Shown here piece by piece: positions 1 to 9,746 of a stretch of DNA of 64,000 nt. Within the stretch, counting starts at the first letter, position 1. Each line of letters opens with the position of its first letter. Source of the DNA: an uncultured Alphaproteobacteria bacterium (GTDB lineage: Bacteria > Pseudomonadota > Alphaproteobacteria > RF32 > CAG-239); the NCBI GenBank assembly GCA_910584385.1, contig CAJUAK010000006.1, positions 41,546 through 105,545 of the forward strand, read 5' to 3'. Both the position numbers and the translations under genes were made by a program. Below the pieces are notes generated by a model that worked only from the letters and a program-made list of their open reading frames with translations, was not told the DNA's origin and did not search any database.

Positions 1-236
1 GTTTCCGCACCATCATCCGTTACAAAAACTTCGCCATGCTGATAAGGGCTCATTGTGCCCGGATCCACATTTAAATAAGGATCCAGCTTGCGCATGCGCA
101 CTTTAAATCCTCTTGCCTGCAAAATGGACGCCAAGGACGCCGATGCCAGCCCTTTTCCCAAAGATGAAACGACGCCGCCGGTAATGAAAATAAAACGGGC
201 TTTTTTCTTAAGAATATCTTCTAATAAATCAGACAT
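1..236 (-). CDS. pyrG: CTP synthase, N-terminal 78 aa only; the gene continues beyond the window start
   Basis: Reverse-strand translation from the ATG at 234-236 gives [78 protein letters not shown]. This is the conserved PyrG amidoligase N-terminus ([25 protein letters not shown]). pyrG-secG-tpiA is a common gene order. Confidence 0.85.
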   Translation of the reverse strand, partial: MSDLLEDILKKKARFIFITGGVVSSLGKGLASASLASILQARGFKVRMRKLDPYLNVDPGTMSPYQHGEVFVTDDGAE

Positions 237-330
237 TTAGTTTTTTCCTTATTACTTATCAACAGGTTATTTTAAAGTGTCAAAGGCGCCTTGAAAAAGA
301 CGCCTTTGATTATGTTTTTTTGATTTGCCA

Positions 331-648
331 TTATTTTCCGGCCGCCGGGACATCCGGAATTTCAGGAAGCTGTGTTTCAACCGGCGCTTGTTCCAAAATG
401 GAGCCTTTGCGCTGTCCATGGCCTTTATAATATAAAGACAAGGCAATAGATGTGCAAATAAACAATGTTGCAAGAATGGCCGTTGTTCTGGTTAACAGGT
501 TTCCTGTTCCCCGCGCGCTTAAAAAGCTGGAAGCGCCGCTGCCGCCGCCCAAACCATCCAATGCACCGCCTTCAGAACGCTGCATAAGGATTATGGCGAC
601 TAAAAAAATTGCAATCAACAAATGAACGACCAATAAAACTGTTCCCAT
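331..648 (-). CDS. secG: preprotein translocase subunit SecG
   Basis: 105 aa with two TM helices and a Gly-rich linker (LDGLGGGSGASSFLSARG). Sits between pyrG and tpiA. Confidence 0.85.
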   Translation of the reverse strand: MGTVLLVVHLLIAIFLVAIILMQRSEGGALDGLGGGSGASSFLSARGTGNLLTRTTAILATLFICTSIALSLYYKGHGQRKGSILEQAPVETQLPEIPDVPAAGK

Positions 649-664
649 GTTTTTATTCCTTATC

Positions 665-1429
665 CTATTTTACACAAGCCTTTGAGGCAATGCCCATAAA
701 GTCTTCAACCTTAAGGCTTGCGCCGCCGATTAAAGCTCCGTCCACGTCAGGAAGGGCCAAGAGTTCTTTTGCATTTCCCGGTTTTACCGATCCGCCATAT
801 AAAATGCGCATTTTATTGGCATTTCCTTTGCCTAGCTTTTTGGCAACAACCTTACGGATTGCAGCATGAACATCTTCAACATCTGCGGCTGTCGGGGTTT
901 TGCCCGTGCCGATTGCCCAAACAGGCTCATAAGCGATGACCGTATTGGCTGCTGTTGCATTTTCAGGAACAGAACCAAGAATTTGTTTGGTGCAGACATC
1001 AATCGTTTTGCCGGCGTCGCGTTCTTCAAGCGTTTCGCCAATGCAGATAACGGCTTTCAAACCATTTTCAATTGCCGCCTGAGCTTTTTTGCAAACCAAT
1101 TCATTGCTTTCTTTATGGTCTGCACGGCGTTCAGAGTGCCCGACAATAACATAAGTGCAACCCAAATCTTTTAACATGAGCGGGCTGATATCGCCGGTAT
1201 GTGCCCCTTTAAGGTTAAAATGCACATCTTGCGCGCCTAAGGCGACTTTTGCGCCGCGCAAAGCTTTTTTTACCTGGCTCAGCAATGTAAAGGGCGGGCA
1301 TACCAAAAATTCACATTCAGGCTTGCCCAGCTTTTTAACTTCCGTTGCAACGCCTTTTGCCAAAGCTGTGCCATCTGCGCTCAGCATATTCATTTTCCAG
1401 TTTCCGGCGATAAGGGGTTTTCTTGCCAT
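665..1429 (-). CDS. tpiA: triosephosphate isomerase
   Basis: 254 aa with the TIM signatures AGNWKMN, IVGHSERR and AYEPVWAIGTGKTPT. Confidence 0.9.
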   Translation of the reverse strand: MARKPLIAGNWKMNMLSADGTALAKGVATEVKKLGKPECEFLVCPPFTLLSQVKKALRGAKVALGAQDVHFNLKGAHTGDISPLMLKDLGCTYVIVGHSERRADHKESNELVCKKAQAAIENGLKAVICIGETLEERDAGKTIDVCTKQILGSVPENATAANTVIAYEPVWAIGTGKTPTAADVEDVHAAIRKVVAKKLGKGNANKMRILYGGSVKPGNAKELLALPDVDGALIGGASLKVEDFMGIASKACVK

Positions 1430-1533
1430 TATTCTTTCCTTTTTCCGAGTTAAAATTCATATTGCTTCCGTTCTAGCACAAAGTTTTTTAAAATGCCAGT
1501 TAAAAAAACTTTTCAACACGAATATTTATAAGA

Positions 1534-1562
1534 TTGTATAAATAATTAATTTTGCATATAAT
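1534..1562 (+). promoter_or_regulatory. sigma70-like promoter TTGTAT-N17-TATAAT
   Basis: -35 TTGTAT at 1534-1539, a 17-nt spacer, and -10 TATAAT at 1557-1562. It lies about 35 nt upstream of the ppiD-like start codon. Confidence 0.4.
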
Positions 1563-1596
1563 CCCGAAAAAGCTTTTTTATTAACAGGATGGTACA

Positions 1597-3483
1597 ATGA
1601 TTGAAAAGATTAGAAGTTTCCAAGATTCATGGATTGTTAAAGGAATTTTAGGCTTGACGGCCCTCAGTTTTATGTCTTTGTTCGGGATTACCGGCTACCT
1701 TGGCTCTGCCGGCAAGAATAAGCCTGTTATCCAGGTGGGCAGCACGGCTGTTTTTCAGGAAGAGATTTCCCGCCTCTACCAAAGAGATATGCAAATGCTC
1801 AGCCGGCTGACCGGAGAGGATGGCGAAAACAATGAAGCGTTGCGCAACAGCCTGCTTCAGGGAATCGTGCAAAAAGAGCTTTCAAAAGCGATTATAAATG
1901 AAACAGCCGATGATTATAATGTTAAGGTAGGCGATGACCTTATCCGCCAGATTATCTTTTCGCAGGCCGAATTTATCAATCCGGACGGGCGTTTTAACAT
2001 GGACAAATTCCGCAGGCTTTTGCAAACGTCCAACATGAGCGAAAAAGAATATATTGAGCTCTTGCGCCAGGATATATTAAAACAGCATTTGGTGCAGACT
2101 CCCGTTGAAGAGCTAAATACCCCGAAAACGGCTGAAAGCCTTCTTAATAAAATAGCAAACCAGCGCAAAACATTTAAATATATCCTGATTAACCCGGACA
2201 TGTTAAATGTTGACCGCAAAATATCAGACGAAGAGCTGGAACAATATTATGAAGATTTTTCAGTGCAGTTTATCGAACCTGAAAAACGCGACGTTTCTTT
2301 TTTGGTTATCTCGTCTGACAGCCTGGCAAAAAAAATTATGCCTTCTGATGCGGAAATCAAGGCTTATTATCAGGAAAATATCGACCAATTCGTTATTCCG
2401 GAACAGCGCCAAGTCCTGCAAATGGCTTTTGACGATGAGGAAACAGCCAATAAAGCTGCCGAAAGCTTAAAATCCGGCAAAGATTTTTACGCTGTTGCGA
2501 AAGAGTTTGCAGGGCAAGACAAAGCCGCCACCGAGCTGGGACTGGTTTCTAAAGACATGCTGATTGCCGACATGGCAGACGAAGTCTTTTCCGCAAAAAT
2601 TAATGAAGTTGTCGGCCCCTTCCAGTCTGACATGGGATGGCACATTATGAAGGCGGTTAAAATTGTTCCTGTCAAAGAAACAAAATTAGAAGCGGCAAAA
2701 AATAAAATCATTGATGCCTTGCGCCAAGAACAAGCCTATGAGCAGGCAATGGATGCGAGCCGCGAAATTGAAGATGAAATCGGCTCAGGAAAAGGGTTGG
2801 ATGAAATTGCTTCCGAGTATCAGGCAAAAATCTATAATGCCAAAGGCTTGAGCGAAGACGGCAATTTTGTTACGGCGCCCGGAAAATATTCCGATTTGAT
2901 TAAATCTGCTGATTTTATCGATACGGCATTCTCCTATAACCAAGGCGAAATCAGCCAGATTTTGGAAACGGAAGACGGTTTTGCCTTACTTCGGGTTGAT
3001 AACATCACAGATGCGCATAATAAAGAAATATCCGAAGTTAAAGATGAAATCGCACAAATGTGGGAAGAAAACGAAAAAAGCGCCATTATGCAAGAAATTG
3101 TCAACGATGTTTTGCATGATATGGAAAGCGGAGACAAAATTGAAGAAGTTGCCGCACGTTTCAAATTATCATTAAACAGCTCCGCCCCAATAACGCGCGA
3201 AGGCTCTTTCGCCGGCTTAAACAAAGCGCAGATTGCCGAAATTTTCCATGAAAAAGTCGGGTCTGCCAAAGTCTTGGATTTGGATGGCAAAAAAATGATT
3301 GTTACAACGACTAAAATCATAAACGATCAGAGAAAGCCGTCTAAAGAAGCCGCTGATGTTACGAAATTTAAATTTCAAAGCGACCTTTCAAGACAAGCTG
3401 CGGATACGCTTATAAAAGCCTATGGCAAAAATTATAAAACCAAGGTTAAATATAAGAATATCGGCCTATTGGAAGACGAATAG
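1597..3483 (+). CDS. PpiD/SurA-like periplasmic chaperone with a parvulin-type peptidyl-prolyl isomerase domain
   Basis: 628 aa with an N-terminal signal-anchor helix, SurA-N-like region and a parvulin motif (GPFQSDMGWHIMK). A PPIase downstream of tpiA is the usual alphaproteobacterial arrangement. Confidence 0.75.
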   Translation: MIEKIRSFQDSWIVKGILGLTALSFMSLFGITGYLGSAGKNKPVIQVGSTAVFQEEISRLYQRDMQMLSRLTGEDGENNEALRNSLLQGIVQKELSKAIINETADDYNVKVGDDLIRQIIFSQAEFINPDGRFNMDKFRRLLQTSNMSEKEYIELLRQDILKQHLVQTPVEELNTPKTAESLLNKIANQRKTFKYILINPDMLNVDRKISDEELEQYYEDFSVQFIEPEKRDVSFLVISSDSLAKKIMPSDAEIKAYYQENIDQFVIPEQRQVLQMAFDDEETANKAAESLKSGKDFYAVAKEFAGQDKAATELGLVSKDMLIADMADEVFSAKINEVVGPFQSDMGWHIMKAVKIVPVKETKLEAAKNKIIDALRQEQAYEQAMDASREIEDEIGSGKGLDEIASEYQAKIYNAKGLSEDGNFVTAPGKYSDLIKSADFIDTAFSYNQGEISQILETEDGFALLRVDNITDAHNKEISEVKDEIAQMWEENEKSAIMQEIVNDVLHDMESGDKIEEVAARFKLSLNSSAPITREGSFAGLNKAQIAEIFHEKVGSAKVLDLDGKKMIVTTTKIINDQRKPSKEAADVTKFKFQSDLSRQAADTLIKAYGKNYKTKVKYKNIGLLEDE

Positions 3484-3488
3484 CCGCA

Positions 3489-3513
3489 AGCCCCGGAACT
3501 TCGGGGCTTTTTT
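3489..3513 (+). terminator. rho-independent terminator
   Basis: AGCCCCG-GAACTT-CGGGGCT hairpin followed by TTTTTT, immediately after the stop codon at 3483. Confidence 0.7.
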
Positions 3514-3572
3514 GAGCTTATCAGACAACGCCTGAAAGAAAAATCAGGCTTTTCTGTTTTATACGGTTAAGA

Positions 3573-3601
3573 TTGACGAGCTTTCAAAAAAGTGGTATAC
3601 T
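3573..3601 (+). promoter_or_regulatory. near-consensus sigma70 promoter TTGACG-N17-TATACT
   Basis: TTGACG at 3573-3578, an exact 17-nt spacer, and TATACT at 3596-3601. It lies about 100 nt upstream of the ATG at 3700. Confidence 0.5.
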
Positions 3602-3699
3602 AGCTTTTGTTATTAACGTTTATGTTCAATTATTAATCACGAGGAATAAGGCTTGGAACCCACGCGCCTCATAAAATAAAGACGAAAGCAAAATAAATT

Positions 3700-5445
3700 A
3701 TGTTAACTTACCTCTTGTTTGCCCTCATGCTCGGCCTTCTGGCTCTCCTCTTCCCCTTCCTTATCGATAAGGAAGACAGAGAAGAAGCTTGGATCCCTGC
3801 AATTATCGTGGGGATTTGCAGCTTTCTGTTCTGGGGAGCCCTTAACTGGCTGTTGCTGCCTGTCATCTCGCCGGATACGCCGGCGATGTGGATAGAACTA
3901 GCCCTAAGCCTCTGCTTCTACGGATGCCTGTCGTCTCTTCTTGACTATTCAAAAGCAGGAAAGAAGATTATCATCGGCTTGGCGGCTGCCGGAGCACTCG
4001 GCTTGGCTTTTGTAGGCCTCTATTCCTGGGATATCTTTCACAGCAGCAAAAAGTACAATCTTTTGCAGGTGGAAGAAACACAGGACAGCATTGAAAATAC
4101 CATTTCGCCCATTCCCGTGGAAAAGATGGCCATTATCAATGAAAACGTCGCCAGAGCTCTGGTGAACCAGAAAATGAACGACCTTGGCAATCGCTGTGAA
4201 ATCGGCACCTTTACCAAGCAGAGCTTTACCGGGAAATTCACAGCTAAAGAATTCAACGGCAATGTGGTCAATATCGATTACCAAAACCAAATCGTTTATG
4301 TCGCTCCGCTTGAGCACACAAGCTTCTGGAAATGGAAAAAATATCGCCACACCGAAGGATATGCATTAGTCAATGCCAGCGATCCTTCCGAGTATTACCT
4401 CATTTGCGAGGTGAACGGAGAACCTCTCAAGCTGAAATATCTTGAAAGCGCCCACTTTGGCGATAATATTGAAAGATATGTGCGTACGCACGGCTTTCAA
4501 AACAAGCGCCTTAGCGACTTTGGCATTGAGCTTGACGAAAACGGACGCCCGTTTAACGTGATTTCCGTTTTGGAAAACCAAATCATGTGGGGAACGCCGC
4601 TGGCAACAGGTTCTGTCATTGTTGACGTCCAGACGGGAGATATTAAGGAATATGACATTGAACATACTCCAAGCTTTGTTAATCTGGTTCAACCGCGAAA
4701 CGTTGTGGAAGACCTGATTTACTACTGGGGAGAATATGTTCACGGTTATGTCGATTTCTCAGACAAGGACAGAAAACGCGCAACCCCCGGCATGGATATC
4801 GTCCATGACGGAAAAGACGGCTGCTGCTATTATGTCGGCATTCAAAGCAAGGCAAATGCTGATTCAGACGCTGTGGCAACCATCGGGTTCTTAAAAATTA
4901 ATACCATCACCGGAAAGGCTACTTTCTTTAAGCGTGAAGGCATTAACGAACCTGCTGCAAAAAAAGCCATGGCCGCAGACATTTCCGTTGCAAAAGACAT
5001 CCAGCTTGGCACTGTCGAACTGGATGACGCTGTCTTCTATAACATTGAAGGCATCCCGACTTATTTTGCAACATTTATAAGCACAAAGGACAATATGCCT
5101 AAATATTACGGCTTTTGCTCCGCTTATAATAAAGAAGTCGTCGGGGTTGGCACTTCTCTGCAGAGTGCAAAGGCAGCCTATTTGAAATCCCGCGCCGAAT
5201 ATGAACAGCGCCAAGGATTGAAATCATCGGCTGCAGACGTTTCTTCCGTTACCCGCAAGGTTACGGTTGCAGAGAAAGTACAGGAAGGAAACTGCTATTA
5301 TTTCCGTTTCAATGAAACCGGAGATACGGTATTTTATGCATTTTCCGAATTGCTTCCCGAGGTACGTTGGCATAATGAAAAACCGACGATTACCTACCGC
5401 AAAAGCAATGAAACTTCTATTGCTTTGAGCGATTATTCGAAGTAA
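3700..5445 (+). CDS. hypothetical polytopic membrane protein: four N-terminal TM helices plus a ~450-aa soluble domain
   Basis: 581-aa ORF with coding-like composition. I recognise no family motif. It has its own promoter and terminator. Confidence 0.6.
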   Translation: MLTYLLFALMLGLLALLFPFLIDKEDREEAWIPAIIVGICSFLFWGALNWLLLPVISPDTPAMWIELALSLCFYGCLSSLLDYSKAGKKIIIGLAAAGALGLAFVGLYSWDIFHSSKKYNLLQVEETQDSIENTISPIPVEKMAIINENVARALVNQKMNDLGNRCEIGTFTKQSFTGKFTAKEFNGNVVNIDYQNQIVYVAPLEHTSFWKWKKYRHTEGYALVNASDPSEYYLICEVNGEPLKLKYLESAHFGDNIERYVRTHGFQNKRLSDFGIELDENGRPFNVISVLENQIMWGTPLATGSVIVDVQTGDIKEYDIEHTPSFVNLVQPRNVVEDLIYYWGEYVHGYVDFSDKDRKRATPGMDIVHDGKDGCCYYVGIQSKANADSDAVATIGFLKINTITGKATFFKREGINEPAAKKAMAADISVAKDIQLGTVELDDAVFYNIEGIPTYFATFISTKDNMPKYYGFCSAYNKEVVGVGTSLQSAKAAYLKSRAEYEQRQGLKSSAADVSSVTRKVTVAEKVQEGNCYYFRFNETGDTVFYAFSELLPEVRWHNEKPTITYRKSNETSIALSDYSK

Positions 5446-5465
5446 TGCCGGAATCCTCCAATAAG

Positions 5466-5497
5466 AAAACGCGCCCTTAAACAGGACGCGTTTTTTC
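5466..5497 (+). terminator. rho-independent terminator
   Basis: AAACGCG...CGCGTTT stem followed by a TTTTTT run, after the stop at 5445. It overlaps the 3' end of the convergent ppx-like ORF. Confidence 0.5.
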
Positions 5498-6922
5498 TTG
5501 CATTTTCGGAGCCGGGCGGCTGTCGTTTGCCTTTGGGCGCTGTGGCTTTCTGAGTTCCTGCTGCTTCATTTCCGTATAGGAAATAAGCTTTTTATCTATG
5601 TTCATTTTTGTTAAATCCGGCATATTTAAGACCGTTATTCCAAGGCTCGTCGCCGCAAGCACCATATTTATCTGCAATTTTTGAGATTTGATCCCTGCCA
5701 TATCTATCTTTTTTACATTTGCATTGGTTTGGCGCTCTTTAAGCATGTCATACACCATCTGATAATCGGCATTTTCCACTTTGATTTTTGTTTCTTCCTC
5801 ATATTGGACTTTGCCTTTTTCGCTCTTAATAATGAGCGATTTGTCTTTCTGGGGGATTATTTCAATTTTTTTCTCATGGCTTGCGGCACTTTTTTTATAA
5901 AAACCGGCAATCGGCTTATGCCAATCCTGCATTTTACCTTTACCGGTTTCAATCACCTCTCCTTCAATGCAAGAAACAGCTTCTTTTGTTTTTGCTTTCC
6001 TGTATTTTTGCATTAAAAGCCCATCGCCTGGTTTAAATATTTGCGGTTTGACGGTTCCCTTTTCAAGCTTTAGCCCGTCAAGCACCTTGTTGAACACCTC
6101 CATTGCCGGCATAAATTGCAAAAGTGTTGCTCCGGAGGCATATTGTTCCTGCAAAACCTCTTGTGATGGCATTTTGGCAATCTGTTCTGAAACTTTTCTA
6201 TATTCGCCAATATCGGCTTTGGCTGTAAAAGCCGTGATGGCAGCATTATAGCGATATGTTCCCTCACCTTTGTAATTCATTTTACTTACGATACGGGAGA
6301 CGGCGTTTGAATTTGTAATAACCATGGAAATGTTGCTTTTAATTTCATCCCATTCGCAGTTTTTTTGAAACAGCTTTATATATTTTGCTATAATTTTATT
6401 TCTTTCTTCTTCCGAATATTTTTTCCATACTTTTGACCCCAGAGGAATGGACGTTTTGCTTAAGATATCTATTTTGCCGTTTTTTTGCTTATTTGCCAGA
6501 ATAAGTTCCGTACTGGCGCCGCCGCTGTCAACAACCAGGGCATATCCCTTAAAGCGCACCCTTTCGCAAGCCGCTGCAGCAGTTAAGCGCGCCTCTTCCA
6601 AAGGATGAATAATCCGGGCATAGATATTGCATTTTTTGCTAATTTCATTAAGGACTTCTTCGCTATTCTCGGCAATTCGGAAACCGCCGGTAGCAATAAT
6701 TTCAATATTTTCAGGATGAACTTTTCTGGCAGAAGCCTCTAAAACAAAACCCCAAATTTTTTCTGCCAAATCTTTGCCGGCAATATGCTTTTCATCCACC
6801 ATTTCAACAGGCAGCGGCTTATATGAAAAAAATGAGTAATCATCATTTTTTATTGACATTTTAAGGCCGTTAGAACCTATTTCAACAACAGCAACGCCAG
6901 GCATAACCATACATCTCCGCAC
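5477..6922 (-). CDS. Ppx/GppA-family phosphatase with an atypical Lys-rich C-terminal region
   Basis: N-terminal half shows ASKHA/Ppx-GppA motifs (VVEIGSNGLKMSI, LVVDSGGASTELIL). The C-terminal ~180 aa are K/E-rich, with no recognisable HD domain. The true start is probably the internal Met of MVMPGV. Confidence 0.7.
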   Translation of the reverse strand: MRRCMVMPGVAVVEIGSNGLKMSIKNDDYSFFSYKPLPVEMVDEKHIAGKDLAEKIWGFVLEASARKVHPENIEIIATGGFRIAENSEEVLNEISKKCNIYARIIHPLEEARLTAAAACERVRFKGYALVVDSGGASTELILANKQKNGKIDILSKTSIPLGSKVWKKYSEEERNKIIAKYIKLFQKNCEWDEIKSNISMVITNSNAVSRIVSKMNYKGEGTYRYNAAITAFTAKADIGEYRKVSEQIAKMPSQEVLQEQYASGATLLQFMPAMEVFNKVLDGLKLEKGTVKPQIFKPGDGLLMQKYRKAKTKEAVSCIEGEVIETGKGKMQDWHKPIAGFYKKSAASHEKKIEIIPQKDKSLIIKSEKGKVQYEEETKIKVENADYQMVYDMLKERQTNANVKKIDMAGIKSQKLQINMVLAATSLGITVLNMPDLTKMNIDKKLISYTEMKQQELRKPQRPKANDSRPAPKMQEKTRPV

Positions 6923-7061
6923 ATTATTTGCTTTAGCATACTACATCCCGCGTTTTTTGTCAATGAATTCGCTGCAAACCAAATTAAAACAAAGCTTTAA
7001 TTCAACGCGTTCACTTTTGTCCACTTGTTTTCATATGTCTTAAGCAATTTGTGGGACGAAT

Positions 7062-7097
7062 AAAAAAGCCGCATAATTAACTATGCGGCTTTTTTTT
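7062..7097. terminator. bidirectional rho-independent terminator
   Basis: AGCCGCATA-ATTAAC-TATGCGGCT hairpin flanked by an A-run and a T-run, downstream of the minus-strand hydrolase gene. Confidence 0.6.
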
Positions 7098-7111
7098 AAG
7101 TTGTTTAACGA

Positions 7112-7918
7112 TTATTCCTCATCATCATCTTCATCGGCAAAATCATCTGCCTCATCATCAAGATAATCATCATTCAAATCATCGTTTAATTCCTCGTGTC
7201 CATCCTCCAAAAGCAATGTCTCGTCAGTTTCGAGTTCGCTCTTTTTGCGGCGCCCGCGGCGTTTTTTCTGAGGTGTTTTTTTCTTGCAGGCTTCAATGAT
7301 ATAATTGCCGACAACTTTATATAAATCGACCAAATGGTTGTTATACATATGGTCTGCATCTTCCAGAAGGGCAAAGTCGACCTCAACATTACGCTGCGTG
7401 TTTAACCTTCTGGCAAGGGAAGCCACGCTCGCCGGCAGTGCAATTTCATCAATGCCGCCCTGCGTAATCAAACCGGAAGTCGGACATGGCGCCAGGAATG
7501 AAAAATCTTTTTCGTTCGCCGGCGGGGAAACAGCAATAAAATTATTAATATCCGGGCGGCGCATTAACAGCTGCAAGCCGATCCATGCTCCAAAAGAATA
7601 CCCTGCAATCCAGCATTGGCGCGCTTCAGGATTAACCGACTGGAGCCAGTCTAAGGCAACCGTCGCATCGGATAATTCTCCCGGACCGTCTTCAAATTCT
7701 CCCTGAGAACGCCCCACGCTGCGGAAATTAAAACGCAGCACCGAAAAGCCCAAATTCTGAAAGCAGCTGAACAAGGTATAAACAACCTTATTATTCATCG
7801 TTCCGCCATATTGGGGATGGGGGTGCAAAATAAGCGCAATCGGAGCATTAGGATTTTCACTTTGATGATAGCGCCCTTCCAAGCGGCCGGCATGGCCATT
7901 AAACAATACTTCTGTCAT
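7112..7918 (-). CDS. alpha/beta-fold hydrolase with a basic-then-acidic C-terminal tail
   Basis: 268 aa. The core resembles alpha/beta hydrolases, with the nucleophile elbow GYSFG. The C-terminus reads KKKTPQKKRRGRRKK followed by a ~45-aa D/E-rich tail. Confidence 0.7.
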   Translation of the reverse strand: MTEVLFNGHAGRLEGRYHQSENPNAPIALILHPHPQYGGTMNNKVVYTLFSCFQNLGFSVLRFNFRSVGRSQGEFEDGPGELSDATVALDWLQSVNPEARQCWIAGYSFGAWIGLQLLMRRPDINNFIAVSPPANEKDFSFLAPCPTSGLITQGGIDEIALPASVASLARRLNTQRNVEVDFALLEDADHMYNNHLVDLYKVVGNYIIEACKKKTPQKKRRGRRKKSELETDETLLLEDGHEELNDDLNDDYLDDEADDFADEDDDEE

Positions 7919-8005
7919 ATCTTTTAACCTAAATTTAGCAACTTATATATTATAGTTTGAAAAACATATATAAAAAGTTAATATTGCAAAGGAATTTATC
8001 ACAAA

Positions 8006-8662
8006 ATGCTTTTTAATTTCAAGCCAATTCTTCAAGACATCGATGCCGTCCTGGCGCGAGACCCCGCCACCAAAAGCCGCACCGAAGCCCTGCTCTGCTC
8101 TTCAGGCCTGCACGCCATCCTTTTTTACCGTCTGACCCACAAGCTTTGGAAAGCCAATTTTCATCTTACGGCACGCGTTATTTCTCAATTTGCCCGCTTT
8201 TTAACTGGAATCGAAATTCATCCCGGCGCGCGAATCGGAAGAGGATTTTTTATTGACCATGGCGCGGGGGTCGTTATTGGCGAAACGGCAGAAGTCGGAA
8301 ACGATGTTACCTTGTATCATGGCGTTACGTTAGGCGGCGTATCCGTTTTTAACGCGCGGGGAAAAGTAACATCCAAACGCCACCCCACGGTCGGCAACAA
8401 TGTCGTTATTGGTGCCGGCGCCATGGTTTTAGGCCCCATAAACATTGGAAACGACAGCAAAATCGGCTCGAATGCCGTTGTTTTGAAAGATGTCGAACAA
8501 GGCACAACCGTTGTCGGGGTTCCCGCCCATGCGGTTTTGCGCAGCAAGCCTTCCGGCTTTACGGCTTATGCCGCGGTTAACAAAGACCCCGTTGAAGAAA
8601 AACTGCTCAAAATGGAAAAAGAAATCGCTCTTTTAAAGAAGGAGCTTAAGGACAGAAAGTAA
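8006..8662 (+). CDS. cysE: serine O-acetyltransferase
   Basis: 218 aa with the left-handed beta-helix hexapeptide repeats and a SAT N-terminal domain ([25 protein letters not shown]). A short coiled-coil extension follows at the C-terminus. Confidence 0.85.
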   Translation: MLFNFKPILQDIDAVLARDPATKSRTEALLCSSGLHAILFYRLTHKLWKANFHLTARVISQFARFLTGIEIHPGARIGRGFFIDHGAGVVIGETAEVGNDVTLYHGVTLGGVSVFNARGKVTSKRHPTVGNNVVIGAGAMVLGPINIGNDSKIGSNAVVLKDVEQGTTVVGVPAHAVLRSKPSGFTAYAAVNKDPVEEKLLKMEKEIALLKKELKDRK

Positions 8663-8739
8663 AATATCATAATATTGTAACTTTTATTTTAACTATTTTT
8701 ATAGTATTATGAATTATATATAGTTATAAGGAGGGCGAC

Positions 8740-9339
8740 ATGAAAAAATCTATTTTCTCTTTGGCTTTGTCTGGATGCATCTTATGCGCCGGAGCCTCTT
8801 ACGCCCAGCTTCCCGCAAATCCCTGGGACATCAGCCCTAATGACGGCTATTTCGGAGATAATGTTGCAGAATCTTCTCCGGCGGAAGCCCCTGATGCACC
8901 GGTTTACAGAAATAATTCCAGCAATGGCGAAATTCTTCCCGTTGACCCCTGGGCACGCGCAAGGGACAAAACCAATACCCAGACCTGGCGCGGCAGCGGT
9001 CAGCACGGAAAGTTAAACTATGTCGGCGAAGCCACAACCTTCGGAGATGCCATGGGACAAGAAATGATTGCCCCGGAAGTTAACCGCCATAACATGTTGG
9101 TTATGACTCAGCATTTGAGAAACATGGGGTATAAAATCCCGGCCGGCTATGACCAGAAAATTAAAGATATGCCGCAAACTTATAAAAGATATCTCCGCGA
9201 AGCATATAATTCTTTAGACCCGTCCGACAACCCCATGGAAGAAATGTTTGTCGGCATGTTAGGATTTTTTGAAAACCAAACAGGGTTGGATGTTGAGAAT
9301 ATCTTGTTTAACACAATGGATATCTTAGGAACTGATTAA
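8740..9339 (+). CDS. hypothetical secreted protein or lipoprotein
   Basis: 199 aa with a signal peptide MKKSIFSLALSGC that includes a lipobox-like LSGC. No family recognised. Its stop codon overlaps the start of the next gene. Confidence 0.55.
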   Translation: MKKSIFSLALSGCILCAGASYAQLPANPWDISPNDGYFGDNVAESSPAEAPDAPVYRNNSSNGEILPVDPWARARDKTNTQTWRGSGQHGKLNYVGEATTFGDAMGQEMIAPEVNRHNMLVMTQHLRNMGYKIPAGYDQKIKDMPQTYKRYLREAYNSLDPSDNPMEEMFVGMLGFFENQTGLDVENILFNTMDILGTD

Positions 9340-9746
9340 TGAAAAAAGCTTTTCTTGCCTTCTTTTTATTCTGCATGCCCTCTTTATTGCAAGCACAAGA
9401 AACGGCAGCTCCGGTTATTGAAGAATCGTATGAGCCGTCTATTACGCCCGAACGGCGCTGGGAGCAAGAAAAGGCCTGGCGAAAAAATATTGATTATAAG
9501 GCCAGAAACAGGCGTCCCGAACAACTTAAAGAAATGATTCGCGCTTCTGAGGCAATCCGTAAAAGGAAGGCTTATAAAAATATTGCATCCGGAGAATCTG
9601 ACAATTCTGCTTTTCAACAAAAGAGCGTGAATGTCGATAATCCTGAAGATGTAAAAAATTACATGAATGAAGCCTTTAAAAAAGATATGGACGATACAAT
9701 TGCCACAAACAACATTTTAACCAAAGAAAGAATAGATGTCCAATAA
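9339..9746 (+). CDS. hypothetical secreted protein, charged and coiled-coil-like
   Basis: 135 aa with a signal peptide MKKAFLAFFLFCMPSLLQAQ. Its start overlaps the upstream stop (TAATG) and its 3' end overlaps the trmJ start. Confidence 0.5.
   Translation: MKKAFLAFFLFCMPSLLQAQETAAPVIEESYEPSITPERRWEQEKAWRKNIDYKARNRRPEQLKEMIRASEAIRKRKAYKNIASGESDNSAFQQKSVNVDNPEDVKNYMNEAFKKDMDDTIATNNILTKERIDVQ

Noticed and set aside
267-473. 68-aa ORF overlapping secG, and a hairpin CAAAGGCG...CGCCTTTG at about 281-308.
   Set aside because: The ORF overlaps secG in another frame. The hairpin has a 12-nt loop and a poorly placed T-run. It is at best a weak terminator for secG and is not reported as a feature.
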